Shown one piece after another: positions 33,976 to 43,579 of a DNA stretch of 64,000 nt. The stretch is from Bacteroidales bacterium (GTDB taxonomy: Bacteria; Bacteroidota; Bacteroidia; Bacteroidales; P3), in assembly GCA_009785425.1 (NCBI GenBank), contig WQWI01000006.1, positions 1,304 through 65,303 on the forward strand, given 5' to 3'. Position 1 is the first letter of the stretch. Each line of letters opens with the position of its first letter. Position numbers and translations under genes: made by a program. The notes beneath the pieces are model-generated. The model had not been told where the DNA came from, searched no databases, and saw only the letters and a list, made by a program, of their open reading frames with translations.

Positions 33976-34006
33976 CCACTGCTTGAGAAAGTGGTGGTTT
34001 TTTTTC
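33976..34006 (+). terminator. Putative intrinsic terminator after dnaA
   Basis: accact-gcttgagaa-agtggt followed by ggtttttttt. Confidence 0.5.
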
Positions 34007-34008
34007 AG

Positions 34009-34710
34009 ATGAACAAGCTTTTTCTCATACCTGCTACTATTGGAAATTCAAGTGTTTCAGATGTTTTGCCTGCGAATTTTCCGCAACACATCAATAGGTT
34101 AAAAACCTTTATTGTTGAGGACTTGCGAACTGCACGAAGATTTTTGCGGAGTGCAGGCTATATGCAAAATTTTGATGAAGTAAATTTTTTTGAGCTGAAC
34201 AAACATACCGATAGACGTGAAATAGAAAACTATTTGAATACAATTTCAGAAGCTTCTATAGGTTTATTGTCTGAAGCAGGTGTGCCTTGTGTTGCGGATC
34301 CGGGTGCAGCAATTGTGGCACTAGCACATCGAAAGAATATACCGGTTGTGCCGTTGGTAGGACCTTCGTCAATACTTTTAGCGTTGATGGCATCGGGATT
34401 AAACGGACAAAATTTTTGTTTCAACGGCTATTTGCCGATTGACAGAAAAGATCGTGAACGAAAACTGAAAGATATAGAACAACAAGCCATTCAGAGAAAT
34501 CAAACGCAAATTTTTATAGAAACACCGTATAGAAATAACCATTTATTTGAATCCATTTTGATGGTTTGTAATCCATCGACAAAGGTCGGAATTGCTGTAA
34601 ACATCACGCAAGCAAATGCCATCCATCAAACCAAAACGGTTGCCGAGTGGAAAAAGCAAACGATTGACTTACATAAACAAAATACCGTGTTTTTGATTGG
34701 GAAGGATTAG
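34009..34710 (+). CDS. SAM-dependent methyltransferase, tetrapyrrole-methylase superfamily (RsmI-like)
   Basis: LLSEAGVPCVADPG and GPSSILLALMASGL motifs. Confidence 0.75.
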   Translation: MNKLFLIPATIGNSSVSDVLPANFPQHINRLKTFIVEDLRTARRFLRSAGYMQNFDEVNFFELNKHTDRREIENYLNTISEASIGLLSEAGVPCVADPGAAIVALAHRKNIPVVPLVGPSSILLALMASGLNGQNFCFNGYLPIDRKDRERKLKDIEQQAIQRNQTQIFIETPYRNNHLFESILMVCNPSTKVGIAVNITQANAIHQTKTVAEWKKQTIDLHKQNTVFLIGKD

Positions 34711-34771
34711 AAATTACAAACTAAATTTGGTTAATTCAAAAATAATCGCTAATTTTGCAAAAAAGATAGTT

Positions 34772-34891
34772 ATGGATTCCGAAGAAATCAGAGATGAAAT
34801 CTCTCAAGAAGAAGAATTACCGCAAGAAGGTGTTAAGTTTGATTTACGTGATGCGATCATTTATTCGACCATTTTAGAGCGAAAATATTAA
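34772..34891 (+). CDS. Small acidic hypothetical protein (39 aa)
   Basis: An ATG 14 nt after a TAATTTTG box (34750-34757). No recognisable homology. Confidence 0.3.
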   Translation: MDSEEIRDEISQEEELPQEGVKFDLRDAIIYSTILERKY

Positions 34892-35032
34892 TGCGTCATC
34901 CCGAGTGTAGTGAGGTGTCACTTTGCTACGAAAAATAAATTTGGTAGTTTCAAAAAAAAGTCGTAACTTTGCGGAACGTTAACCTTGAGGCACTCTTGAA
35001 CTAAGAGTGTTTCATATTTTTTTTACGCTATT

Positions 35033-35509
35033 ATGAGCAAGATAAAGTATTACAGCAAAGAAGGTTTGCAACGCCTACACAATGAGTTGCACGAATTGAT
35101 TACGGTTGCTCGTCCTGCCGCATCTGCTGCTATTGCAGAAGCACGCGACAAAGGCGATTTGTCGGAAAATGCCGAATATGATGCTGCGAAAGAAGCACAG
35201 GGTTTGCTTGAAATGAAAATTGCAAATGTGCAAAATGATATTGCAAATGCCAGATTAATTGATGAATCGAAGTTGGATGCATCGAAAGTTTTGGTATTTT
35301 CTACCGTCAAACTGAAAAATCTCAAGACAAACGCAGTTGTAACATACACGTTAGTTCCTGAAAACGAGTCGGACTTCAAATCCGGCAAACTTTCTGCCGA
35401 GTCTCCGATTGCCAGGGGTTTACTTGGACATAAGCAAGGCGAAAAAGTTGATGTACAAGTTCCGGCAGGTATAATTCCATTTGAGATTTTAGAAATTTCT
35501 CGAAATTAA
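35033..35509 (+). CDS. greA: Transcription elongation factor GreA
   Basis: DLSENAEYDAAKEAQ coiled-coil tip motif; C-terminal SAESPIARGLLGHKQGE. Confidence 0.95.
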   Translation: MSKIKYYSKEGLQRLHNELHELITVARPAASAAIAEARDKGDLSENAEYDAAKEAQGLLEMKIANVQNDIANARLIDESKLDASKVLVFSTVKLKNLKTNAVVTYTLVPENESDFKSGKLSAESPIARGLLGHKQGEKVDVQVPAGIIPFEILEISRN

Positions 35510-35540
35510 TGTAGGGGGTAGGGGCGAGGCATGCCTACCC

Positions 35541-36149
35541 CTACGATGAAACCCTGTTTTCATTTTGTGCAATAAACGTTTCCCAACCGGAATATTTTTT
35601 TGATTTCGTAGGGGCGGGGTTCATCCGCCCTATTCTGTTGGGCGGGCGAACCCCGCCCGCACCGGGTAATAAATCATTTTGCAACGCATGACAAACTGCC
35701 ACAGCCAAACCATCGGTTGCATCTAATTGTTTGGGCATTGCTGCGTTAATTTTCATTAAACTGAACAACATCTTTGCGACTTGTTCCTTAGAGGCTGTGC
35801 CTTTTCCCGTGATTGCCATTTTGATTTTTCGAGGTGCATATTCGGAAAACGGTACACTTTGCGATATAGCGGCTGCAATGGCAACGCCTTGTCCACGTCC
35901 GAGCTTGAGCATAGACTGAACATTTTTTCCGAAAAATGGTGCTTCAATCGCCAAATGCGAAGGTTTGTGTTTTTCAATCAGAGCAACCGTACACTCAAAA
36001 ATACGATGTAATCTTTTTGCAATATCGCGCTCTTTGCTCAAATTGAGTACATCCATTTCGATAAACTGAACAGACTTTCCGACTTGTTTAATCACGCCGA
36101 AACCCATCACAACTGTGCCGGGGTCAATACCCAAAATCACCCGTTCCAT
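35541..36149 (-). CDS. ruvC: Crossover-junction endodeoxyribonuclease RuvC, with a repeat-encoded insertion near the C-terminus
   Basis: ILGIDPGTVVMGFGVI, AIEAPFFGKN, DATDGLAVAVCH. Confidence 0.9.
   Translation of the reverse strand: MERVILGIDPGTVVMGFGVIKQVGKSVQFIEMDVLNLSKERDIAKRLHRIFECTVALIEKHKPSHLAIEAPFFGKNVQSMLKLGRGQGVAIAAAISQSVPFSEYAPRKIKMAITGKGTASKEQVAKMLFSLMKINAAMPKQLDATDGLAVAVCHALQNDLLPGAGGVRPPNRIGRMNPAPTKSKKYSGWETFIAQNENRVSS
35608..35660. repeat. 'gtaggggcgggg...' double-hairpin repeat inside the ruvC coding sequence, in frame
   Basis: gtaggggcggggttcatccgccc...gggcgggcgaaccccgcccgc. On the minus strand it encodes GAGGVRPPNRIGRMNPAP. Confidence 0.8.
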
Positions 36150-36157
36150 AAGGCGGT

Positions 36158-37222
36158 TTAAATAATTAGCATCGCGTCGCCGTAAGCCAAGAATTTGTAC
36201 TTTCTTTCAATGGCTTCTTGGTAAGCTTGTTGTACCAATTCAAAGCCACCGAACGCACACGCCATCATAAACATCAAAGATTGTGGCTCGTGGAAATTGG
36301 TAACCAATGCATCAGCCAAACGAAAATCGTAGGGCGGATAAATAAATTTATTTGTCCAGCCTTTGTAAGGTTTTAGTCGTTTGTCAACACCCACAACCAT
36401 TTCTGCTCCACGCAAAGTCGAAGCCCCAACAACACAGATTTTTCCGCCTTTCGCACGTGCATTATTCACGATATCGCTTGCTTCTTGTGTGATAATAACT
36501 TCTTCAGAGTCGGTTTTGTGCTTGCTTAAATCTTCAACATCGATTTTGCGGAAGTTGCCCAATCCACAGTGTTCGGTAATAAAAGCGAGGTCGATACCCT
36601 TGATTTCAGCACGTTTCAGAAGTTCACGACTGAAATGTAACCCGGCAGCAGGAGCAATTACAGCACCTTCATTTTTCGCAAAAATAGTTTGATAACGCTC
36701 CTCATCCTCAGGAAGTAATTCTTTTGAGGCTCTCAAATTCTTGATTTGCTCGGGAAGCGGTATCTTTCCGAGTTCTTGAATCAACCCCTTAAATTCCTCA
36801 TACGGACCATCGAAAAGAAAACGCAAGGTGCGTCCACGAGAAGTTGTGTTATCGATAACTTCTGCCACCAACTCTTCGTTTTCTCCAAAATATAATTTAT
36901 TTCCGATTCGGATTTTTCGAGCAGGTTCTACAAACACGTCCCATAAGCGAAATTCGGGATTGAGTTCGCGGAGTAAAAACACCGTAATCTCAGCTTTAGT
37001 TTTTTCTTTCGCACCTGAAAGCAATGCCGGAAAAACTTTCGTGTCGTTCATCAAAAACACATCACCCGAATCGAAATACTTCAAGATGTCTTTAAACGTT
37101 TTGTGTTCTATTTTTTGTTTTTTCCGATCAATGACTAACAATTTCGATTCATCGCGGTTTTTTGCAGGATGCAAGGCTATCATGTCGTTTGAAAACGGAA
37201 AGTTGAATTGGGACAATTTCAT
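36158..37222 (-). CDS. queA: S-adenosylmethionine:tRNA ribosyltransferase-isomerase
   Basis: [30 protein letters not shown]...AAGLHFS...TNFHEPQS...YGDAMLI. Confidence 0.92.
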   Translation of the reverse strand: MKLSQFNFPFSNDMIALHPAKNRDESKLLVIDRKKQKIEHKTFKDILKYFDSGDVFLMNDTKVFPALLSGAKEKTKAEITVFLLRELNPEFRLWDVFVEPARKIRIGNKLYFGENEELVAEVIDNTTSRGRTLRFLFDGPYEEFKGLIQELGKIPLPEQIKNLRASKELLPEDEERYQTIFAKNEGAVIAPAAGLHFSRELLKRAEIKGIDLAFITEHCGLGNFRKIDVEDLSKHKTDSEEVIITQEASDIVNNARAKGGKICVVGASTLRGAEMVVGVDKRLKPYKGWTNKFIYPPYDFRLADALVTNFHEPQSLMFMMACAFGGFELVQQAYQEAIERKYKFLAYGDAMLII

Positions 37223-37358
37223 TTGCATATAATTTGGAACGCAAAGGTAGTGCTTTTTTTTGAAAAAAGCAAGTTTTGGCAATTTTTTTTGTATATGAAC
37301 TTGGTTTTTGTTAAAATAATTTGTACCTTTGTAACAAATTTTCGCATCTGACAATACA

Positions 37359-37787
37359 ATGAAATACCGCATATATCTAGATAATTGCTGTTTCAATCGT
37401 CCTTATGATGACCAAACACATTTACTTGTTCAGTTAGAAACAGAGGCAAAGTTGTTTGTTCAGCGAGCGGTATTGCAGGGTGAATTTGAGTTGGTGTGGT
37501 CGTACATATTGGATTATGAGAATTCGCTCAATCCGTACCAAAACCGCAGGCGATCTATTGCAAAATGGAGAAATGTTGCGATGCTTAATGTAACCTCCTC
37601 CGAATCTATTGTAAAACGGACAAAAGAAATTATGCTAAAAGGTATAAAAACCAAAGATGCGATGCATATTGCTTGTGCGTTACATGCAAAATGCCACTAC
37701 TTTTTAACCACTGACAAAAAAATACTACACACATCAATTGACAAAATAAGTATTGTAAATCCGATAGATTTTATCAAAATATTATAG
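37359..37787 (+). CDS. PIN-domain-like protein (putative toxin)
   Basis: [15 protein letters not shown] at the N-terminus and [22 protein letters not shown] near the C-terminus fit the acidic PIN-like active-site pattern. Confidence 0.65.
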   Translation: MKYRIYLDNCCFNRPYDDQTHLLVQLETEAKLFVQRAVLQGEFELVWSYILDYENSLNPYQNRRRSIAKWRNVAMLNVTSSESIVKRTKEIMLKGIKTKDAMHIACALHAKCHYFLTTDKKILHTSIDKISIVNPIDFIKIL

Positions 37788-37789
37788 AT

Positions 37790-38047
37790 ATGAAGACAGA
37801 CACTATAATCCGAACAGAGGGTACACAAATATTGATGGATAATTTAGGTTTAGTTGATGCCGAGCGTTTTATTATGCTCATACAAAAAGAATCTTTCGAC
37901 TATACAGAATGGCAGAAAGATTTACTTGAAGACATAAGTGCTGAAGAACTCAACCGAAGGGCTATTGAGTTTTGTAGAAGTGATCAAGGCGAGCGCAACG
38001 TGGCACGCAAAACCACAACTTTGCGAAAAAAGAAAGAATTTGCATAA
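37790..38047 (+). CDS. Small protein translationally adjacent to the PIN gene (putative cognate antitoxin/partner)
   Basis: It starts 3 nt after the PIN stop and is 85 aa. No recognisable motif. Confidence 0.45.
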   Translation: MKTDTIIRTEGTQILMDNLGLVDAERFIMLIQKESFDYTEWQKDLLEDISAEELNRRAIEFCRSDQGERNVARKTTTLRKKKEFA

Positions 38048-38054
38048 TGAGCAA

Positions 38055-38741
38055 TCATAATTTATTCAATTCCAAAAGATCACAATTAGTGATTGAAAAA
38101 TCCCCGATTCGTGTGCGGCGAAGGGCTGATAAATAGGCTCCGGACTGTAGTTTCTCACCAAAATCACGAGCAACCGAACGAATATACGTGCCTTTACTGC
38201 AAACAATACGAAAGTCAACTTCGGGCATTTTGATGCGTGTGATTTCAAATGTTTTGATAAAAACAGGTTTTGCTTTAATCTCTACATCCTGCTCTTGCCG
38301 GGCGTAATCGTAGGCGCGCTTACCGTTGATTTTTACGGCAGAAAAAATCGGAGGAACCTGCATCTGTTCACCAACAAACGTTTCTACGGCTTCTAAAATG
38401 AGTTGCTCTGTAATGTGATTTGTCGGAAACTCTTTGTCAATAGGCTTTTCCATATCGTAGCAAGGCGTTGTTGCACCCAAAACAAATGTGCCGGTATATT
38501 CTTTTTCTTGTGCTTGAAATTCCTCAATACGCTTTGTGAATTTTCCGGTGCAAATAATCAAAAGCCCTGTTGCCAAAGGGTCGAGCGTACCGGCATGACC
38601 AATTTTCAACTTCGATAATTTATGAGCATGTCGGATTTTCCACTTCAATTTATTGACCACTTGAAAAGACGTCCAACCGTAGGGTTTGTCAATCAGTAAA
38701 ACTTGTCCTTGTTCGAAAGGCGTTAGTGGTTCTTCGCTCAT
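38055..38741 (-). CDS. truB: tRNA pseudouridine(55) synthase
   Basis: KIGHAGTLDPLATGLL catalytic-Asp motif. Confidence 0.93.
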   Translation of the reverse strand: MSEEPLTPFEQGQVLLIDKPYGWTSFQVVNKLKWKIRHAHKLSKLKIGHAGTLDPLATGLLIICTGKFTKRIEEFQAQEKEYTGTFVLGATTPCYDMEKPIDKEFPTNHITEQLILEAVETFVGEQMQVPPIFSAVKINGKRAYDYARQEQDVEIKAKPVFIKTFEITRIKMPEVDFRIVCSKGTYIRSVARDFGEKLQSGAYLSALRRTRIGDFSITNCDLLELNKL

Positions 38742-38756
38742 CTTTTTGTAATTTGT

Positions 38757-38815
38757 TGGGGCGAACCCACGTGTTCGCCCTTACTACTTGGGCAGACACA
38801 TAGGTCTGCCCCTAC
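38757..38815. repeat. Double-hairpin repeat (ggggcgaacccacgtgttcgccc / gggcagacacataggtctgccc)
   Basis: Read directly. It is intergenic between truB and lpxD and probably serves as a terminator. Confidence 0.75.
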
Positions 38816-39834
38816 GGTTTTAATTTTGCTTCCAATTCGTTCAAACGCTTTACGATTTTGTCGAAATTTTTGAAATGAAGGGCAGAACGTCGATATACAC
38901 TGGCATCTATAGCCGGAGAACCGAAATATATGGCATTTTCTTCTTTAATGTTTGATGGAACACCGCTTTGTGCCGCAAGTTTCACGCCATCGGCAATTGT
39001 GGCATGCCCTGCGATACCGACTTGTCCACCGAACATACAATTTTTTCCGATTTTTGTAGAACCCGAAATGCCTACCTGTGCAGCCATTACCGTATTTTCA
39101 TCAATAACAACATTGTGTGCAATCTGAATTAAATTATCTAATTTTACGCCTTTTTTGATAACGGTAGAGCCGAGCGTTGCCCTGTCAATACAGGTGTTTG
39201 CCCCGATATCGACATGGTCTTCAATAACAACATTTCCGATTTGCACGACTTTTTTATATGACGAATCAACCGGAGCAAAACCGAAGCCATCTGCTCCAAT
39301 CACACTGCCGGCGTGAATAACTACATCTTTACCAATAACTGTATCCGAATAAATTTTTACACCTGCGAAAATTGTCGTATTGTCGCCGATTTTGGTATTG
39401 TCGCCGATATAGACTTGCGGATAAATTTTCACATTGTTTCCGAGCTCAACATTTTCACCGATAACCGCAAAGTCGCCGATATAGCAGCTTTCGCCGATTT
39501 TCGCACTTTCGTGAACAGACGATTTTTCGGAAATTTCAACCTTGTTTTGTTTGATTTGATTGTATATTTCCAGCAATTTCGCAAAGGCTTGATACGCATT
39601 TTCGACACGAATAAGCGTTGTTTTTACAGGTTTTTCGAGAATAAGATCCGAATTAACAATAACCGCGGTAGCCTCAGTATCGTAGATATACGGCGTGTAT
39701 TGCGGATTAGCTAAAAAAGATAGTCCGCCCGTTTCGCCCTCCTCAATTTTACAAAGTTTATATACGTTTGCATCGGTGTTACCTTCGATTTTTCCGTCTA
39801 AAAGTCCTGCGATTTGTGTTAGTGAAAATTCCAT
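38812..39834 (-). CDS. lpxD: UDP-3-O-acylglucosamine N-acyltransferase
   Basis: MEFSLTQIAGLLDGKIEG; left-handed beta-helix hexapeptide repeats; HNVVIDENTVMAAQVGISGST. Confidence 0.92.
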   Translation of the reverse strand: MEFSLTQIAGLLDGKIEGNTDANVYKLCKIEEGETGGLSFLANPQYTPYIYDTEATAVIVNSDLILEKPVKTTLIRVENAYQAFAKLLEIYNQIKQNKVEISEKSSVHESAKIGESCYIGDFAVIGENVELGNNVKIYPQVYIGDNTKIGDNTTIFAGVKIYSDTVIGKDVVIHAGSVIGADGFGFAPVDSSYKKVVQIGNVVIEDHVDIGANTCIDRATLGSTVIKKGVKLDNLIQIAHNVVIDENTVMAAQVGISGSTKIGKNCMFGGQVGIAGHATIADGVKLAAQSGVPSNIKEENAIYFGSPAIDASVYRRSALHFKNFDKIVKRLNELEAKLKP

Positions 39835-40136
39835 GTGGGAATGGTTTTGATTAAAATCTGTTTTCCGTTTGCTTCTATAATCTGCAAAGTTACAAAAATT
39901 ATTTGAGATGAGCAAAAAATGCGGCGATTTTGGCGAAATTTTATTTTGGTGAGGTGTCGGTATGAAAAATATCTATAATTTCTTGCAGAAAAAGACTTGC
40001 TATTTTGAAAAAATGTGGTATCTTTGCAGAGTGGATGATGGTAATCTGGTAAAAGATATGTTGAAAAAAGAAAGTAATTTGGCAATTTTGGGTGTTTGTG
40101 TGTACACGCATTTGATAAAAAACTAAAACCAAACTG

Positions 40137-41240
40137 ATGTATATGAGGAAATTAAAAGTAGATTTGTGTAAAAAAATAATATGTGTAGCGTGTGTTGTAT
40201 TGATGTTCTTTACTAGCAATTTGTATGGGCAATCTTTAGGATGTGATTGTCTAATAAAGTCACCAGTATTTCAAATTGGAGACATTGTTAGGTATGGGGT
40301 CTGTGATGAGTGTAACACACGAAGGAAGTTTCTAGAGAGCCCCCGAAAGGATGTAATCAGATACTTGGGAGCAGACTCAATATGGTTAGAGTACGCAGAA
40401 GCCCATATCCACCCTAGAAGAAGGATTGATAATAGAGTATTTTCAGCACGCTTCTCACTGCAAATACAGAGGCATTTAGGCGCCTCCTCAGACATGACAA
40501 GAGAGAAAAATTTTGGTCTTTTTATAGATTCCGGCCGTCAACTAATGTCTATGGGTGAAAGGAGATTCCGTCAAACTCTTTCACGCTTGCCGCTAGACAT
40601 GCTACAGCATATGCTCGACAGCCCTGATGAATTTAGGTTTATCAGCCACTCCTATTACGTTACTAGCGGAAGACTTGAACAGGGGAGAGAGTTGGATCTT
40701 CGTGGTACGATAAGAGTGCTCTCAGACTCTGTCTCCTTTGACCGCGGCTGTTTATCATCAGATACCATATTTTTTGACTACAGGATACCAATTGCTTATG
40801 GTGTGACTCCAATAACTACAAACATGTTATGCAAGGCTATTCAAGCACAAAATGGAACTTGCATTCTGCCACGTTCTTGGCGGCGTTCGTTTGTCCCTTT
40901 CGGCACTAAGCAAATTAATAATGATCAAAAAGCATTAGGCTGGACTCTGAGAATATTGCAAGTTGGTGTGCCCACTGCTTTCGGACTATATCATGGCAGT
41001 TCGGCAATAACATATCGTAATAGGAGCCGAAATACACTGACTCCAACTGAACAAAATTACTACCGTAGTCTCTTTACTGATCACAGGAATAGGGCTATTG
41101 GCCGGACTTTTGGGTCGTTTGCATTTTTGTATGGTATAAATATCCTTGTTAACTATTTTTTTACAACTGTTACAATAAGCCCACAAACATCTAACAATGA
41201 TAGGGGTGAACTCACTTTTGGAATATCAATAAATTTTTAA
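40137..41240 (+). CDS. Hypothetical protein with N-terminal signal/TM segment and C-terminal hydrophobic segment
   Basis: Long ORF with no recognisable motifs. It ends 4 nt before the next gene. Confidence 0.5.
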   Translation: MYMRKLKVDLCKKIICVACVVLMFFTSNLYGQSLGCDCLIKSPVFQIGDIVRYGVCDECNTRRKFLESPRKDVIRYLGADSIWLEYAEAHIHPRRRIDNRVFSARFSLQIQRHLGASSDMTREKNFGLFIDSGRQLMSMGERRFRQTLSRLPLDMLQHMLDSPDEFRFISHSYYVTSGRLEQGRELDLRGTIRVLSDSVSFDRGCLSSDTIFFDYRIPIAYGVTPITTNMLCKAIQAQNGTCILPRSWRRSFVPFGTKQINNDQKALGWTLRILQVGVPTAFGLYHGSSAITYRNRSRNTLTPTEQNYYRSLFTDHRNRAIGRTFGSFAFLYGINILVNYFFTTVTISPQTSNNDRGELTFGISINF

Positions 41241-41244
41241 ATCT

Positions 41245-43257
41245 ATGAAAAAACGAATTATCATTTTGCTTAGTGTTTTCATGCTTAATTCTTGTAACGA
41301 AGATAAGGCTACGACGTTTTCGAATATTACCGGAACGGTACTCTATGAAGGAGCAAGAGGTACTATACCTGTTGATGGAATTCTCGTAACGGTGCAAAAA
41401 GAGGACAACGAAAATATTCGTCGTAGTCAAACGACTGACAGTACAGGAGAATACGAAATCGAAAATTTGCCTAGAGGTGTGTATATATTGACCGCAAGTG
41501 GAAGAGGGGTTCACACCGTCATAGACACCCTCCGCCTACCCCTAGACGGAAGGCACGACATTCACATGACACAGTCAATAATTGGACCGCGAATATATCG
41601 AAATCAAACACCAATGGACGATTTTTTTGATATGGGCTATACTCTAACGCTAATTGTTGATATTCTCAACGACAATCGTGTACCAATGAATTGGTGGACG
41701 GCAGCATCCGACGATTGGATTTCTGTTAACCCCGAAAGTGGAAGTATTCCGCCCATAGAACAGCATAGTGGATTTACAATAAGGGTGGACAGAAATAAAT
41801 TGCAATGCAATACTCCACCTGCTACGATAACTTTTGGCTCAAACAGAGGCTCAACAACACTGATAGTTGCAGCGTCAAGACCGGAATGTCCGGGAGAGGC
41901 ACGCATAATAAGCTCCGTTAATCAAAACAATTGTCCCTCACGAGTTGTGGAGCTTGAGGCAGAGGCAGCCAATGCGGTAAGTTTTAGATGGTACCATAAT
42001 GGCGAAGAGTTGACGACAAGAGGCAATAAGCACATTGCTGTAGAAAGTGGTATTTATCGTGTTGTTGGTGTAAATTCGATGGGCGAGCCAGGAAATCCAA
42101 GTAGAGATTTTCATGTAACAATTAATCACTGTCCGGCACCACCCGAAAGGGCGGTTATTGAGCCGAGCGAGGATAGTAATACCTGTCCATCTTCAAGCGT
42201 AACACTGACGGCTAGTGCAGTTGGTGCAACAAGTTTTCAGTGGTATAGAAACAACGTTAGAATATCGGGAGCCACTAATGCAACTCATATGGCGACTGCT
42301 ACAGGCGGCTATCGTGTTGCCGGCATAAACGCACATGGCGAAGGAGAAAGAAGCGATGAAAGGCATATAACTATTTCGGACTGTCCTCCCGTTCCTGCAA
42401 GGGCAACGATTTCAGCAAGCCCAAGCAACACTACTAACATTTGTTTGCCTAATTCTGTTATACTTACAGCAACCTCCACTCGTGCAAATTATATTGATTG
42501 GTATAAAAACAATGTCCGAATAGCTGAAACAATACCGAATGCCCCACTTACAGTAACAGAAAGTGGTACATATTTCGCTATTGGCAGAAATATTTCAGGC
42601 AGAAGCACACAGCCAAGCCTGTCAAGAGTGGTAAACTTTGTCGACTGTACTCCTGCTAATCCAACAGGCCTAGAAGTAAGAGTATTGTCAGATATTACCT
42701 TGCGTTGGAATCATGTTTCGGGGGCAACAAGTTATAGAGTTCAAATTTGTGACAATCCGTCTATGGCTGGTTGTGAAACTAATTATCACGTTGTAACTGG
42801 CACTTCTTTTCGACTTTATACAAACACTACCAATCATTTGTTTTGTGGAAGAAATTATATTAGGGTAATGGCAAGAAATGCACGCGGGGAGGAAAGCTCA
42901 GGCACTCCTACATCTTATTTGTTTGAGCCTTCAATAAATGCAACTAATGATCTATACGTTAACTTCAATTGGGCTACCCGAAGTTACATCATAGATTTTA
43001 TAAGTTCTCGTAGTAGTTGGCATACAGGAACTATTCATTATGACATATATCGAAGGGTAGGGGTAGCTGGAGAAAACCCTTGGACATTTATTGATACAAT
43101 TACCGGTCATACTAATGATAATCAATTAGTACGATGGCATAATTTTTCTGACCCTTTCGAAACGACAGAACAAGTTTGTTATAGAGTAAGAGCTCGCATT
43201 GTTACTCAATGTGGCGAGTTTTACGATTTCAGTAACACGAGTTGCCGTACACGTTAA
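41245..43257 (+). CDS. Multidomain surface lipoprotein (CarboxypepD_reg-like, BACON-like, three Ig-like modules, FN3-like)
   Basis: Lipobox MLNSC. TGTVLY...STGEYEIENLPRGVYIL. WWTAASDDWISVNPESG. Three repeats of the pattern CP..V.L.A.A..A.SF.WY.N......H.A..G.YRV.G.N..GEG. Confidence 0.65.
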   Translation: MKKRIIILLSVFMLNSCNEDKATTFSNITGTVLYEGARGTIPVDGILVTVQKEDNENIRRSQTTDSTGEYEIENLPRGVYILTASGRGVHTVIDTLRLPLDGRHDIHMTQSIIGPRIYRNQTPMDDFFDMGYTLTLIVDILNDNRVPMNWWTAASDDWISVNPESGSIPPIEQHSGFTIRVDRNKLQCNTPPATITFGSNRGSTTLIVAASRPECPGEARIISSVNQNNCPSRVVELEAEAANAVSFRWYHNGEELTTRGNKHIAVESGIYRVVGVNSMGEPGNPSRDFHVTINHCPAPPERAVIEPSEDSNTCPSSSVTLTASAVGATSFQWYRNNVRISGATNATHMATATGGYRVAGINAHGEGERSDERHITISDCPPVPARATISASPSNTTNICLPNSVILTATSTRANYIDWYKNNVRIAETIPNAPLTVTESGTYFAIGRNISGRSTQPSLSRVVNFVDCTPANPTGLEVRVLSDITLRWNHVSGATSYRVQICDNPSMAGCETNYHVVTGTSFRLYTNTTNHLFCGRNYIRVMARNARGEESSGTPTSYLFEPSINATNDLYVNFNWATRSYIIDFISSRSSWHTGTIHYDIYRRVGVAGENPWTFIDTITGHTNDNQLVRWHNFSDPFETTEQVCYRVRARIVTQCGEFYDFSNTSCRTR

Positions 43258-43579
43258 TACTGCTGGTGCAATCAGCGTCCATGTTTGGGATTCCCAAGTT
43301 GCAGTATTCACAATACCACCGCTCTATTTTGGAAAACCTTTCCTTACAGAGACGGAAATTTGAGAGCATTACAACTAAAAAGATAATTGCATAGCTGAAA
43401 ATTTAGCCGTATAACTACGTATGTAAAACCTAACGGTTTTTTATTTCCAAATATTTATCTCCATTGAGTAGTGAAATTTTGCCATTATTTGTCACTAGCC
43501 TAAGTTTTTTTTGGAAGTGTCACAAATTTTTCGTACTTTTGCAAGTTGTATGGGCTTAAAAAGTTTAATAAAAAGCGTT

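Noticed and set aside
39835-40136. The AT-rich 300-bp gap upstream of lpxD as oriC
   Set aside because: It contains only weak partial DnaA-box matches (agtggatga, tgtggtatc) and no clear cluster. It more likely holds divergent promoters (a TATCTTTG box at ~40018-40025).
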